36,666 nt of DNA. Origin: Klebsormidium nitens. Taxonomy: Eukaryota; Plantae; Klebsormidiophyceae. How positions within the stretch are numbered: the stretch's first letter is position 1; each line of letters opens with the position of its first letter. The position numbers were made by a program, and so were the translations under genes. This document shows positions 11,801-21,800 of this stretch, one piece after another. Location of the stretch: the NCBI GenBank assembly GCA_000708835.1, contig DF237378.1, forward strand, positions 1 through 36,666. Reading direction: 5' to 3'. Below the pieces are notes generated by a model. The model was not told the DNA's origin. It was given only the letters and a program-made list of their open reading frames with translations, and did no database searches.

Positions 11801-13990
11801 ATGTACTGGTTTAGTAAGCTGCAACTGGCACAATATGTAAAGTCTCCCGAGCATAGGGTGTCGCCCGAGCTGCCTCAGTCTGAAGGGGGCAGCATGCATG
11901 CAGAGGCTGCCACAGAATTAGATCTGCGCACACCTGCGAGGAAGGGGAAGGAAAAAGTCACGGGGTTTGATGCTGCGGGCAGCCTCCCACCAGCCAGGCA
12001 GCTCCGCAGAAGCTCTGCAAACAAACCTTGGGGATACCGGGGTGAAGAAGATTCAGCAGGGGAGGAAGACGCTGTGTCAGAAGAGGTGGAAGAGGGCAGC
12101 CAGTCTGACGGGCAGGGCAGCCAGTCAGATGGCGACCCTGACAGCCAATCTGACAGTGAAGAGGAGGCTGCAGGGCCTGCCACAGCAGGGCCTGCCACAG
12201 GACAGAATCGGGGGCGTCCACCGGGCAAGCGAACCGTGGTTTTCCAGAAGCGGGCGGTGAAGCCCGCAGGGAGGAAGCGTGTGTCAAAGAAGCTGCTGGA
12301 AGGGGCGTCCAGCGGCAGCGAAGAGGAGGGGGAGAGCGATGAGGAGCTTGAGAAAGAGGGCGAGGGTCCGTTGGACAAGGGTTTGGAGGCGGGGCCCTCG
12401 GGGCCCATGCATTGGGAGCCGGTCGCGGAGGGGGATGTGCTGGAAGACGTGCAGCCCCCAGCATTCACGGGGCCCTCGCAGCGAGTAAGAAACCTTCCAG
12501 GTTTGCCCTCACTAACGCCGCTGCAGGTCTTCCTGTACCTTGTGCCTTTGGAATGGTTCAAGGATGTGGTGTTCCAGACCAATTTGTATGCGGCCGCGTG
12601 TCGGGAGGAGGCGGGGCTGCCTGGGAACAAGGGAAGGGTTTGGGTGAACGTGACGCTCCAGGAAGTGATGCGGTGGTTTGGGTTAGTGTTTGCTATGGCC
12701 CTGCATCCGTTGCCTGCTCTTGCCCACTATTGGAGGATCGGAGTTCAAGGGGCTGTCCGTTTACCGGGGTTTGGGGAGTTCATGTCCCTGAAGCGGTTTG
12801 AGCAAATCAAGCGGTACCTGCATACAAATGACAATGCCCAGAGACCCCCAGACAGAGCAACCCGGGAGTACAGGCTGTGGCACTTGATGCCGTTGCTAAA
12901 CCACATGGAAGAAACCTTCCCCCGGTTCTACAACCCAACTCAGTTTGTCACGTTCGATGAGCGGATGATCCCTTTGAGGAATCGGGGTTGTCCAGTCCGG
13001 GTCTACAACCCGAAGAAGCCCCACAAGTTTGGGGTGGAGCTTTTCTGTGCCGTTGATTCGGTCACATTCTATTGCTACTTCCAATGGGTTTACGACAAGG
13101 TCAAGGTCGAGGGGGACGGGTTGCACGACATGATCGTGCGAAAGCTGGGGGACCGTGTCCCCAAACACAGGGGGCACGTGATCATCCTAGATCGGGGGTT
13201 CACAGGCCCCCTGCCTGTTCGCGCTTTGAAGGAGGCGAACCTCCTTGCTACTGGCACGTGTCTCCCTAACCGGAAAATGTTTCCCAAAGAGTTGCTGCAG
13301 CTGGGAAGCAAGGCAGAACGGGGATCCATGAGGGCGGCAGTCTGTGAGGAGGACGGGATGGTGGCGGTGGCGTGGCAGGACAAGAAGCCGGTCTTCTTCC
13401 TGTCCACGTGTCACGGGTTGAGCCTCGGGGAGACGGGGCGGAGGGTTGCAGGCACGAGGGAGGAAGTGACCTGTCCGGAAATTGCGTACGAGTACAACAA
13501 GTTCAAGGACGGTGTCGATCAGTTCGACAAATCGTGCTTGATGGTGGGGTACGGTGGCGAGATGGAGCTCGTCTCCCGGAAGTGGTGGGTGCGGGTGATG
13601 TTCGGGTTACTGGACGGGGCGATGCACAACGCGTATGTGCTGTACCATGAGGCGCATCCGGAGGTGAGCCGCTGGGACTTCCTCCTCGCGCTGCAGCAGC
13701 AACTCGTGGAGAACACGTACGACAACCTCCCGGGGGCGAGGAAGCGGGGCCGGTCGGAGGGGGCCGGAACCGCAACAACGGGGTCGGATGACCGTGACGG
13801 GCACACCCTGGAGCGGGTGAAAGGGGCTTCCAACCGGTGCCGGGTTTGCTACGCTATGGACGGGAAGGCGGGCAGGAAGGTGAACATGAAGTGCGGGGCG
13901 TGCGGGGTGTTCCTGTGTCCGGGCGCGTGTGACCGGGATTGGCACACCCTCCCGGAGTTTGCGGGAACGAGAAAGAACTTGAGGGGCTAA
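11801..13990 (+). CDS. piggyBac-family DDD transposase (PGBD-like, DDE_Tnp_1_7) with C-terminal cysteine-rich domain
   Basis: 729-aa ORF with an acidic low-complexity N-terminus. Motifs: VTFDERMIP, YNPKKPHKFGVELFCAVD, IILDRGF, YNKFKDGVDQFD, RKWWVRVMFGLLDGAMHNAYVLY. C-terminal CRVC..CGACGVFLC..C...H zinc finger. Confidence 0.93.
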   Translation: MYWFSKLQLAQYVKSPEHRVSPELPQSEGGSMHAEAATELDLRTPARKGKEKVTGFDAAGSLPPARQLRRSSANKPWGYRGEEDSAGEEDAVSEEVEEGSQSDGQGSQSDGDPDSQSDSEEEAAGPATAGPATGQNRGRPPGKRTVVFQKRAVKPAGRKRVSKKLLEGASSGSEEEGESDEELEKEGEGPLDKGLEAGPSGPMHWEPVAEGDVLEDVQPPAFTGPSQRVRNLPGLPSLTPLQVFLYLVPLEWFKDVVFQTNLYAAACREEAGLPGNKGRVWVNVTLQEVMRWFGLVFAMALHPLPALAHYWRIGVQGAVRLPGFGEFMSLKRFEQIKRYLHTNDNAQRPPDRATREYRLWHLMPLLNHMEETFPRFYNPTQFVTFDERMIPLRNRGCPVRVYNPKKPHKFGVELFCAVDSVTFYCYFQWVYDKVKVEGDGLHDMIVRKLGDRVPKHRGHVIILDRGFTGPLPVRALKEANLLATGTCLPNRKMFPKELLQLGSKAERGSMRAAVCEEDGMVAVAWQDKKPVFFLSTCHGLSLGETGRRVAGTREEVTCPEIAYEYNKFKDGVDQFDKSCLMVGYGGEMELVSRKWWVRVMFGLLDGAMHNAYVLYHEAHPEVSRWDFLLALQQQLVENTYDNLPGARKRGRSEGAGTATTGSDDRDGHTLERVKGASNRCRVCYAMDGKAGRKVNMKCGACGVFLCPGACDRDWHTLPEFAGTRKNLRG

Positions 13991-14628
13991 TTGAGTTGGT
14001 AGAGCAAAATAGGCAGGAGAGAAGAGATCTGCGTAATTGGTCCAAGCCGAGCTTGTGTTGTATTTATTGCAACGCATCTGAGAGTTTGCGGCCGAAATTG
14101 AAGTATTGTGCTCGCAACTATGTGTCTTAAATAGGGTGTGCTTCATTGGCCGTACTTTGGATGTGTCGAGCATGTGTCAACGATGGAATTTGGGTCAACT
14201 GGCAAAACTGCGCAAAACTGGCAAACAGTGGCCCCGTGCACGCGTGACGTAAGACACACGATTTCTCGAATGTGGTGGCTACGTTCATATATAGTGTTCA
14301 TAAATCATGTTTAGGATGCCCGCCAATTTGCACGGCCATCTAAGTTGATTAGCTATTTAATGGAAGCCGATATATACAAAATGTCCTCGATTGAGGACAT
14401 TTCGCTGCTCCACGCATTTCCAGAAATTGCAGTTCGTCACGAAATGGAGAGGGTTTTGGTATCTAAACTAATCGGGTATAATATACAAGCCTAGCACCCG
14501 GTAGAGAAATGATAAAGTAAGCTCGAAACGAAAATCGGATGTCAAAATCCATGGTTTGCTATGGTTGGCATGTAATGCCATCATGTCCTTAATTGAGGAC
14601 AAAACTGGGACGGTAGTAGTGATACTAA

Positions 14629-15553
14629 CTGCTTCGGCTGCCGGCGTTCTTCAGCCGTGAAAGCTGCCTCCCTTAATCTGGCTTCAACGAAACCTCCGAA
14701 TCTCAATGGTAACAAACCAACTCTTGTTGATCGCGAATTTTTGAAGCTTGGCTCGTTGACAAATTTCGAGATAGAAGAGGGCGACGACTCGCGGCCCGGC
14801 TCGGCTCTCTGGCAGCCGCCAACGTGAAACTCGCGCTCCGCGCGCTTACAAGTAGCCCGAGGTTTAATTTTCTCTAGGTTCAATCCAACCACGCGAATGT
14901 GCGGGCGCGTCGCAAGGGCCTCGGACCAGCCCGCGCGCGCGGCAAGCCGCGGGCCCACTCCGCGGCAAAGTTTCGCTGCCGCCCCGAATGAAGTTGGTGC
15001 GGAGCCATACGAGAAGCGCGCTCGCGCATGAGCGCGCGAGCGCAATAGCGTGAACACGCGAGCGCTCAAGCGCGCGAGCCTTAAGCGCGCAAGCGCTAGC
15101 GCAAGAGCGCGAGAGCTAGTGAGCCGCCGGTCCGATCGCAACAGCTACTTCGTCATAGCCGTGTCTGTTGAGGGGATTGGTCCCCTAGCTTTTGGCAAGG
15201 GAACCTTATCAACGACCAGAACGTTAGAGTTTCTTTGAATCCCGGCCAGTTTCAAGTCTAACAGCATCGAATCCCGACTGAAATTCTGAAGTTCCCCCAT
15301 TCGAGTTGCAAGTTTCATCTTCGCACAAAGCTTGTTTCGAGTTTCAGGCGGCGTCACTTTGATTCGCAATTCGAAGCGATATTTGGCGCAAACGCCATCC
15401 AGCCGTTCGCTCCCAGCCGGCTAAAGGACGTAGCCAGACCCGCGGAGATCTCCTCTTGAGACTACTTGACATATGAAAGCAGGAAGAACGCATGAAAAAC
15501 GGCACAGCAATCCAAGCGGTTGCGATTAAGCAGGCCAAGTCGTAGAATTCTAA
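14629..15553 (+). repeat. 925-bp direct duplication, copy 2
   Basis: Same start and end as copy 1; separated from the transposon right end by ATACTAA. Confidence 0.95.
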
Positions 15554-16769
15554 GCAGACCAAATGCAGAATGTGATGCAAGTACACATCTTCACACCAGG
15601 GGGAAGCTGTACTGTCCAGGGGCAAGCTGTACTGTTATATGACGTGGCGGTCGGCAACAGTCGCACCTCGTAACCTTGCCGAGCCAACTAGATATGATCT
15701 CGACCATGCAGCCTGACGGAGCGGCAGTCGAGGTTATCCGTGCTTGTTCAGAAAAGGCTTTGTATTGTAGCAAGAACGATCGTCTAAATTCAAATGATCG
15801 AGCCCCTCGAATTCGATGCACGAGAAGCTGGTTAGACTCTGATGACTACTGGGATCTGAAATCCCTGCCGGCCGTCGAAGCTAGCAGTCTCGATTGGCCA
15901 AACGGCGTAACTTTGACCTGCTTGGTTTTCTTTGAAAGAGTCCTGAGCATGCGCAATGTTGATCGGCTTAGATATTATGGGGGCCGTACGATGCCAGGTT
16001 CGTGACACAAGTCCCTGCTCATGTCAGCCCCAGCATTCTTTCCAGGAAAAGTCTGGATCCCGCAGCCAGATTGTCGAGAAACGCGGCAAGCGAAGCTCAC
16101 TCCAATCATCCACGTCGCGCCCGGCAATGGATCAGGACTGTCTTAAAGGCACCAAGCCTCCCAAGTTCCACCCATTGAGAGTCAGTAAAAGACGCCGATC
16201 GACCTGCCATGCACGGCGCTTGTCGTCAAAAGTAGTGGGAGCAGCATCGAAGCAAACACGTCTCCCCGTAAACCCAGTGCTAAAAGCTTTGTCGGGGCCG
16301 GAAATTGTGACTTTCGACTCCTCTAAACTCGGCCGCATAGACAAAGGCCTATGCGGCCGGTCGGATAAGGCGTCTCATATATATACGGGCAGGTATTGAT
16401 GGGCTCTTTCACAGGGGCCAGCAATCATAGAAGAATAGAACTTGCCTCATTTGGGGGGCGATAAGTGTGCCAATGGCATGGCAAATTAAGGTCAATAAAG
16501 AGTGTGTGGGAAGTGAAGTTGCTTGGGGCCGGACGAGTTTGATTTTATCTCTAAAACATACAAGTGTACGTTGGTGCCTGTAACTCTAGCTTGCAGGTAA
16601 GGCGGCCACTTGTTGGACTCGAATATCGCTCCTGCCCTTGGAACTAGCCATGTCTGATCACTCTCGCAACTCTGAGCAAGCTCTAATGCCAAACATCGTG
16701 TTGCCTCATCTGAGAACCTTCCATCAATTTAGAAGCTCGAGCGGATCTTACATTTTGGGGCGCATATAT

Positions 16770-16970
16770 ATTCCCCAGATAAACGACTCGGAGGGAAGGC
16801 CTCGTGCAATTCCGAACCGTTCTCTGCCAGGCTAGCAATTCTTGAACTCTACAGTGGCTCCGCTTGGAAAGCAGACTCATGGATAGACGGAACGATGGGT
16901 CCGAGTACTCAAGGAGTATGCAAGGAAGTTGTACCAGTTTTAAAGTATCCACGGCCATACACTAGTAGGT
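16770..16970 (-). pseudogene. Decayed P-loop sulfotransferase-like fragment
   Basis: Minus frame from 16980 reads DQLDLLVYGRGYFKTGTTSLHTP*VLG..SIH...*...ELHEAFPPSR. This resembles the G-x-G-x-x-KTGTTSL PAPS-binding loop and the ELDxxFPGSKFI motif of sulfotransferases. It has two in-frame stops and a likely frameshift. Confidence 0.35.
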
Positions 16971-17787
16971 CCAGCTGATCATCGGCGCTGGCTTCAGAGA
17001 GACCCGCACTATACAGCTAGAAAGCTAGCCCGGTCCAAATCATATAATTCATTTCAATAAATTAATACAGCCGCCTTCTAGAAACTGGCGCCTTCATTTT
17101 GGCACCTGTGCGCTCTACCTAAGTCAGGATGTTTGAGTGTTTGAGCGTGGTTGAGCTCAGCTTTCTACGGCCTCCGCCATTCCGCGGAGTCCCCGCAGAG
17201 TACCGTACCCGCGGCTCTGTTCCATGATTATGATCAGATATCCTCCAAGCCTGGTAGAGGCGGCCCTTGGGGGCCTTAAAAAGTGGCCGGCCAGCGTGGC
17301 CGAGCTGAGCCGACAGAATTTGACCTTGACAGCTGGGCGAGGGATGGCGTACCCCCGGCGCGGCGTACCCAGCCGGACGCGTTCTGCCGAAATCGGTACC
17401 AGTTGCTAGAACATGCCGTGTGCCCCGGGGCCGTGTGTAATTCTAGATTTAGGTATGCATTATGCTCGATCCGACGGCAAACAGCTGGTGGCATGTCTCT
17501 CAGATGTAACATGACTCTGATCGACAGATCGAATTGAAAAGTGTATGCCAGTCGGTACGGTAACAAGACCCGGTGCGCGCGCACAACGGTCGCGAATACG
17601 GTACCAGTAACTTAATTGAGATTAGTTAGTTAAATGAGATTTGTTGAGATCTCAGACTCATTGGATGACGTCATGTGGGACATTCTATTACGCCGCTCAA
17701 TAAATGTGACCGAGAATTGCGCGGCCACAGTACTCCGAAAACTCTGTGTGACCTTTTAGGGGCGTGTGACTGAAGATAGGCACCCGG

Positions 17788-17870
17788 GGGACGGGTCGGG
17801 TTGGTATGATACTATGATGGTTTAAGGCCGGGTGGGTTGGGGTGCGGAGAGGGTGATTATTTAGGTTAGG
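17788..17870 (+). repeat. G-rich repeat core related to 9248-9330
   Basis: Shares ordered blocks GGGACGGGT(C/G)GGG, GGGTGGG, GGGTGCGGAG and GTTAGG with the core of the 9219-9365 element. Confidence 0.45.
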
Positions 17871-18532
17871 TTTTTTATTTTGAAGTGCCCGGGTAACTCG
17901 TATCCTAGCCCGCTAGGTCACACCGTACACACACGAGAGTAGGTAATACCGGTATGGCCACATTTCGCCCCAGTAGTACGGTGTTACCGGTATCTGACGT
18001 AGAACGGGGCCCGTACGTGGAAGTACAGGAGCCTTGGAAGTGATCCTCGACGCTCGGGCGGTGGACTAAAGTAGGTATTGGAGTCTGGAAGTACACTGAT
18101 GATATGCCAGTGTGGGCCAGCTGGCAGCGCCCCTGCAGCAATTGGTGACACCGTATGTAACGGCCCTCTAATTAACGGTAGGCGGGGGCAATGTGGGTCA
18201 GTACCGCGGGAGGAGGTACCATGCGCATAGCACGCTCTCATGAGGCTCGTCTAGCTAGGACCCTGGGCCCACAGTGCATGCCACTGCACAGATTTGACAG
18301 ACTCTGATTGCTTGCTTCTGACTTCAGTGGGCTGACTTTGTGACTTGTGATGCAAGAAGGAAGCTGAGCCAGATGCAGCTCAGGTAGAAGAGAGGAAACT
18401 GATCAACATAAAACGGGATCAACAGGATCTGAAAGCATCCAAAGGAGCCACGTTTTTCTCAGTTCGTAGCTTGCTTGAACCCACAATCCCCCCAGATCGA
18501 CCCTCTCGAAATTTTCAGAGTCATTCAGAAGG

Positions 18533-18847
18533 ATGACTATCTATGTGGGCAACTTGTCGTCCCAGGTCAATCAGGAGTCCCTGAAACAAAGATTGGCTGA
18601 AGACGGGAGTGTCAAGAGTGTTCAACTCCCAACAGACAGAGAGTCGGGCCAACCTAGGGGGTTCGCTCTGGTGGAAATGAGCAGTGACGCCGAAGAAGCT
18701 GCTGCCATTGATGCATTGGACGGGGCGGAATGGATGGGCCGGAACCTCAAGGTGAACAAGGCAAGCTCGCACGGTGCTAGTGCTCACCCCAGTGGTGGGA
18801 TGGGATCTACCCCGAACACGGGGGCAGCAGGTGGAAGATGGAACTGA
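18533..18847 (+). CDS. Single-RRM RNA-binding protein, cyanobacterial RbpA-like, Gly-rich tail
   Basis: MTIYVGNLS (RNP2) ... VQLPTDRESGQPRGFALVEM (RNP1) ... AAIDALDGAEWMGRNLKVNKA closely follows the cyanobacterial Rbp pattern MSIYVGNLS..VQLPTDRETG..RGF.FVEM..AAIEALDGAEWMGRDLKVNKA. Probable 5' UTR intron 18384-18518 (CAG|GTAGAA ... TTTTCAG). Confidence 0.9.
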   Translation: MTIYVGNLSSQVNQESLKQRLAEDGSVKSVQLPTDRESGQPRGFALVEMSSDAEEAAAIDALDGAEWMGRNLKVNKASSHGASAHPSGGMGSTPNTGAAGGRWN

Positions 18848-21800
18848 GATGATCCTGATTCATTTGGCTTAGGGCACCTAGACATAACAGCGATGGGCGT
18901 GGCATGTGTATACTTGTGAGTGGATCTAAAACGGTGTTGCGGTCTCAGGTGCTTCATGCATGCCATGAGATAGCCAATGCAGTTTTGGAGCGCGGAACCG
19001 GGAAGCGCTAGTGGGGTGATGTACGCGCACCAGTAGGGGGCTCCATCGTTATTGGATATAAGATTGCATACAAAATAAAGTTCTAGTCCTAGCTACCTCT
19101 TGCAATCAAGTTTACATTTATGCATTCGCAAACTTCGCCGTCTCAGAAAAGATCCAATGTTCCAACTTGCATGTGAAGCAATGGCTGGGTTGTTGATGTT
19201 TCTCACGGTGCACATCATCAGATGATTCTGCTCATTCTAGGTTCCCTCATGTCTCTCGAGTCTTTGCCGTTGGGCTTCATTCTACTTCAGAGACTGGCCC
19301 CCGATCCTACTTCTAAAACCTTCTTCTCAGATTTGCTTGTGAGGAGGTCACATGCCAACCAGATTCTAGCTATTAATTTCAAATTTGCGATTGGGCGCGC
19401 GCGCACGGGTGCGCTGCTTTGGCTGGCATAATTGTGATGGCATCATCTGAATGTCTGACTTTCTGGAGTTGTATATATCATATTGCATGCTTGAGCACAA
19501 TTGTCTTGATAAGATGATTCGCAGGGTTGCAGAATTCCGATCAAACTTCAGGCACGTTTTTGCATCGGCGAAGCGCAAGTCATGTGTGGATAAGCAGGGG
19601 TTTGGTCATGCTGTGATATAGAGTAAGTTTTCATTTTAAACCATTGTGGATCTTGATAGCCTCTTGCCCCAATGGGCAAAGGCCCAGGGAGTAAAGCAAA
19701 TCGAGGTGGTAACTGGCACATTCGCCTTCACACTAGCTGTGGCCGTATAATGATCTATACGTACGTGGTAGCAAGGTCTGATATAAGTGCGACATGTTGT
19801 ATGAACTGCAAATGCACCATCCACAATGAGTCTTCCTATGATCTCACTTCTCTGATCCTTCCCGGTCTGCCATTCATTCCTTGAGCAAGCATCTCACTGG
19901 CAGTGGGTTCTCAGGTTACCATCACACGAGCTGATCCAATCCCCTTAGGATTTTGAGACCGGGATTTCAACACACTTTTCAGTAATATGGGCAGGGCAGA
20001 TTAAGCCAGTCCACCACCAGCCCGAAGAAGGGGACTTTTCAGACGACACTGTTCTCATGATCTGAAGTGTTTTTTCAGAGCGCATTGGTTTAAAAAAGGG
20101 GTATTTTCAGTCGGCAGCGTGCTTACAGTCGTTTGGGTCGTAATTTGGGTCCTGATTTATAGTGTAGATCGACGCGGTCGCCTCGCGTCGACGTCGCTGT
20201 GCTGACTGTCACGGCGGTCGAATTAACCAACAACACGAGAGACTGTGTACACGCCTTGATTGTGGGTTCCTTTTAGAATCAGGGTCGTCGATCACGAAAG
20301 CATGCTTGATCGGTGTATTCCCACAGAACCAAACACCCGGAAAAGTCATAGTGAAAGCGGCCTGAAATCGGCAATCAATTCACGGGTGTGGCATCGAGAT
20401 TTGGAACAGTTACAAGTGGCAGTGGAGCCAGCTTCTTTCTTCATAGCCACATGGAAACGTGCCCGTCCTAGGTTGCCCCTGGTAGGAGTCAAAGTAAGCC
20501 GTCAAGTTCTGATATCGATCGGATAAGTAGCTACCGCGTCATGACGAAGTAAAACGCCGGGAGGTCGGCCCAACGATCAAATGGAAGCTGAATGGAACTG
20601 GGCTTAGACAAAGGGAGAAGCAGGACTTCTACTACTTCGTGCTAGTTCGTACTGGGCCTCGCACGTATAAAGCGGCAAAACTTTACATGCACTGGCAACC
20701 GCTTCAAATGGAATTTTCGACGGAGTCTTGTCACGATACGAGGACCATATAATTTCAACGCTCATGTTACAAGCCGTTTTCAAGGCTTCCGTTTTGAACT
20801 ACCAAACACTCCGGCTTCTTGCGAAAGTAGATAAGCCGTCGACATAGCCAGTCTACCGTCAGATCCATCTGCAGCTAGGGTTCCATCTCTCTGAAAATGA
20901 GGGGAAGGGATTGAATCGATCAACTTCCGCAGGCGTCTCCACGTAGTACTCACATGATCATGAAGGACTCAGCGCCCGATACGTATACATACGCGACTGA
21001 ACGATGCGCAGCCAGCCCAAGCTCGGAATAAATGATTCCCAAAGCAGGTTCGGAAGCAGTTGCAGAATTACCAGACCCTTGCCAAAAAAAAGCTCCTTTT
21101 CGCCGACGGAAGTTGGCATTGAAGGGAAGACAGTTGGCACGTGAGTCACGTGGCAGAATCTTGGCATCAGGAACGTCGACACAGCTGCGGGCCGTGCATA
21201 CATAGCCGCCCGTGCCCCGCGCCGCGGCCCTACGCGGCCGCGCTAGGTCCTGCTTGGCAGCCTTGCGCGGCTGCTCTGCCGCGTGACGGCTCAGGCCTCA
21301 CTTTTGACTGCAGCTCAAGTGACTCTGCATATGCGCGTTTGGAGTCGCAAACCGTTGGGCACGGCTTCCGGTTGCGCGTGAGCGCACACAGGTGACGCGC
21401 GGCCGCGCGAGCGGCTGCACGACCTCAAGTTAGGGCAAGCCGCCGCCTCCGCGCAGGTCATTCAAGAAGCCAGGGGTGCAGCGGTCGATCGAATTACCGA
21501 GGATGGGCGAAAGCTAGACGGGCGCGCGTGAGTAGAGGCGCACGCGCTTGGAAGCGGCCAGCATGGGCGCCCGCGGCTGCGCGCGCTTTTCAACCTGAAG
21601 GTCAGGATATGCGTCTGGAGCGTCGCTCAAAGGGGATGGACAGTGTGGCTTATCAGTTTTTCGTACGCGCTTAAACGGTGACGAGCAGTTTCGTGCAGCG
21701 CTGTCAAATTGACGTAAGTTCGTGCAGCGTAAAAGGTTTCTACCGAGCAAGTCCGGAAAGCTTTTGGTTGGCCAGAAGAACAGGGGCAACGATAAAATTA

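Larger units (their letters stand above)
11297..14621 (+). mobile_element. piggyBac-superfamily DNA transposon (3325 bp)
   Basis: Perfect 14-bp TIR CACTACTACCGTCC (11297-11310) / GGACGGTAGTAGTG (14608-14621). Subterminal near-palindromes TGTCCTCAATTRAGGACA-like at 11313-11330, 11331-11350, 14381-14400 and 14584-14601. Internal piggyBac transposase ORF. Confidence 0.9.

Noticed and set aside
11875-14173. Many antisense and alternate-frame ORFs (e.g. 11875-12630, 13607-14173)
   Set aside because: Shadow ORFs of the GC-rich transposase coding strand.
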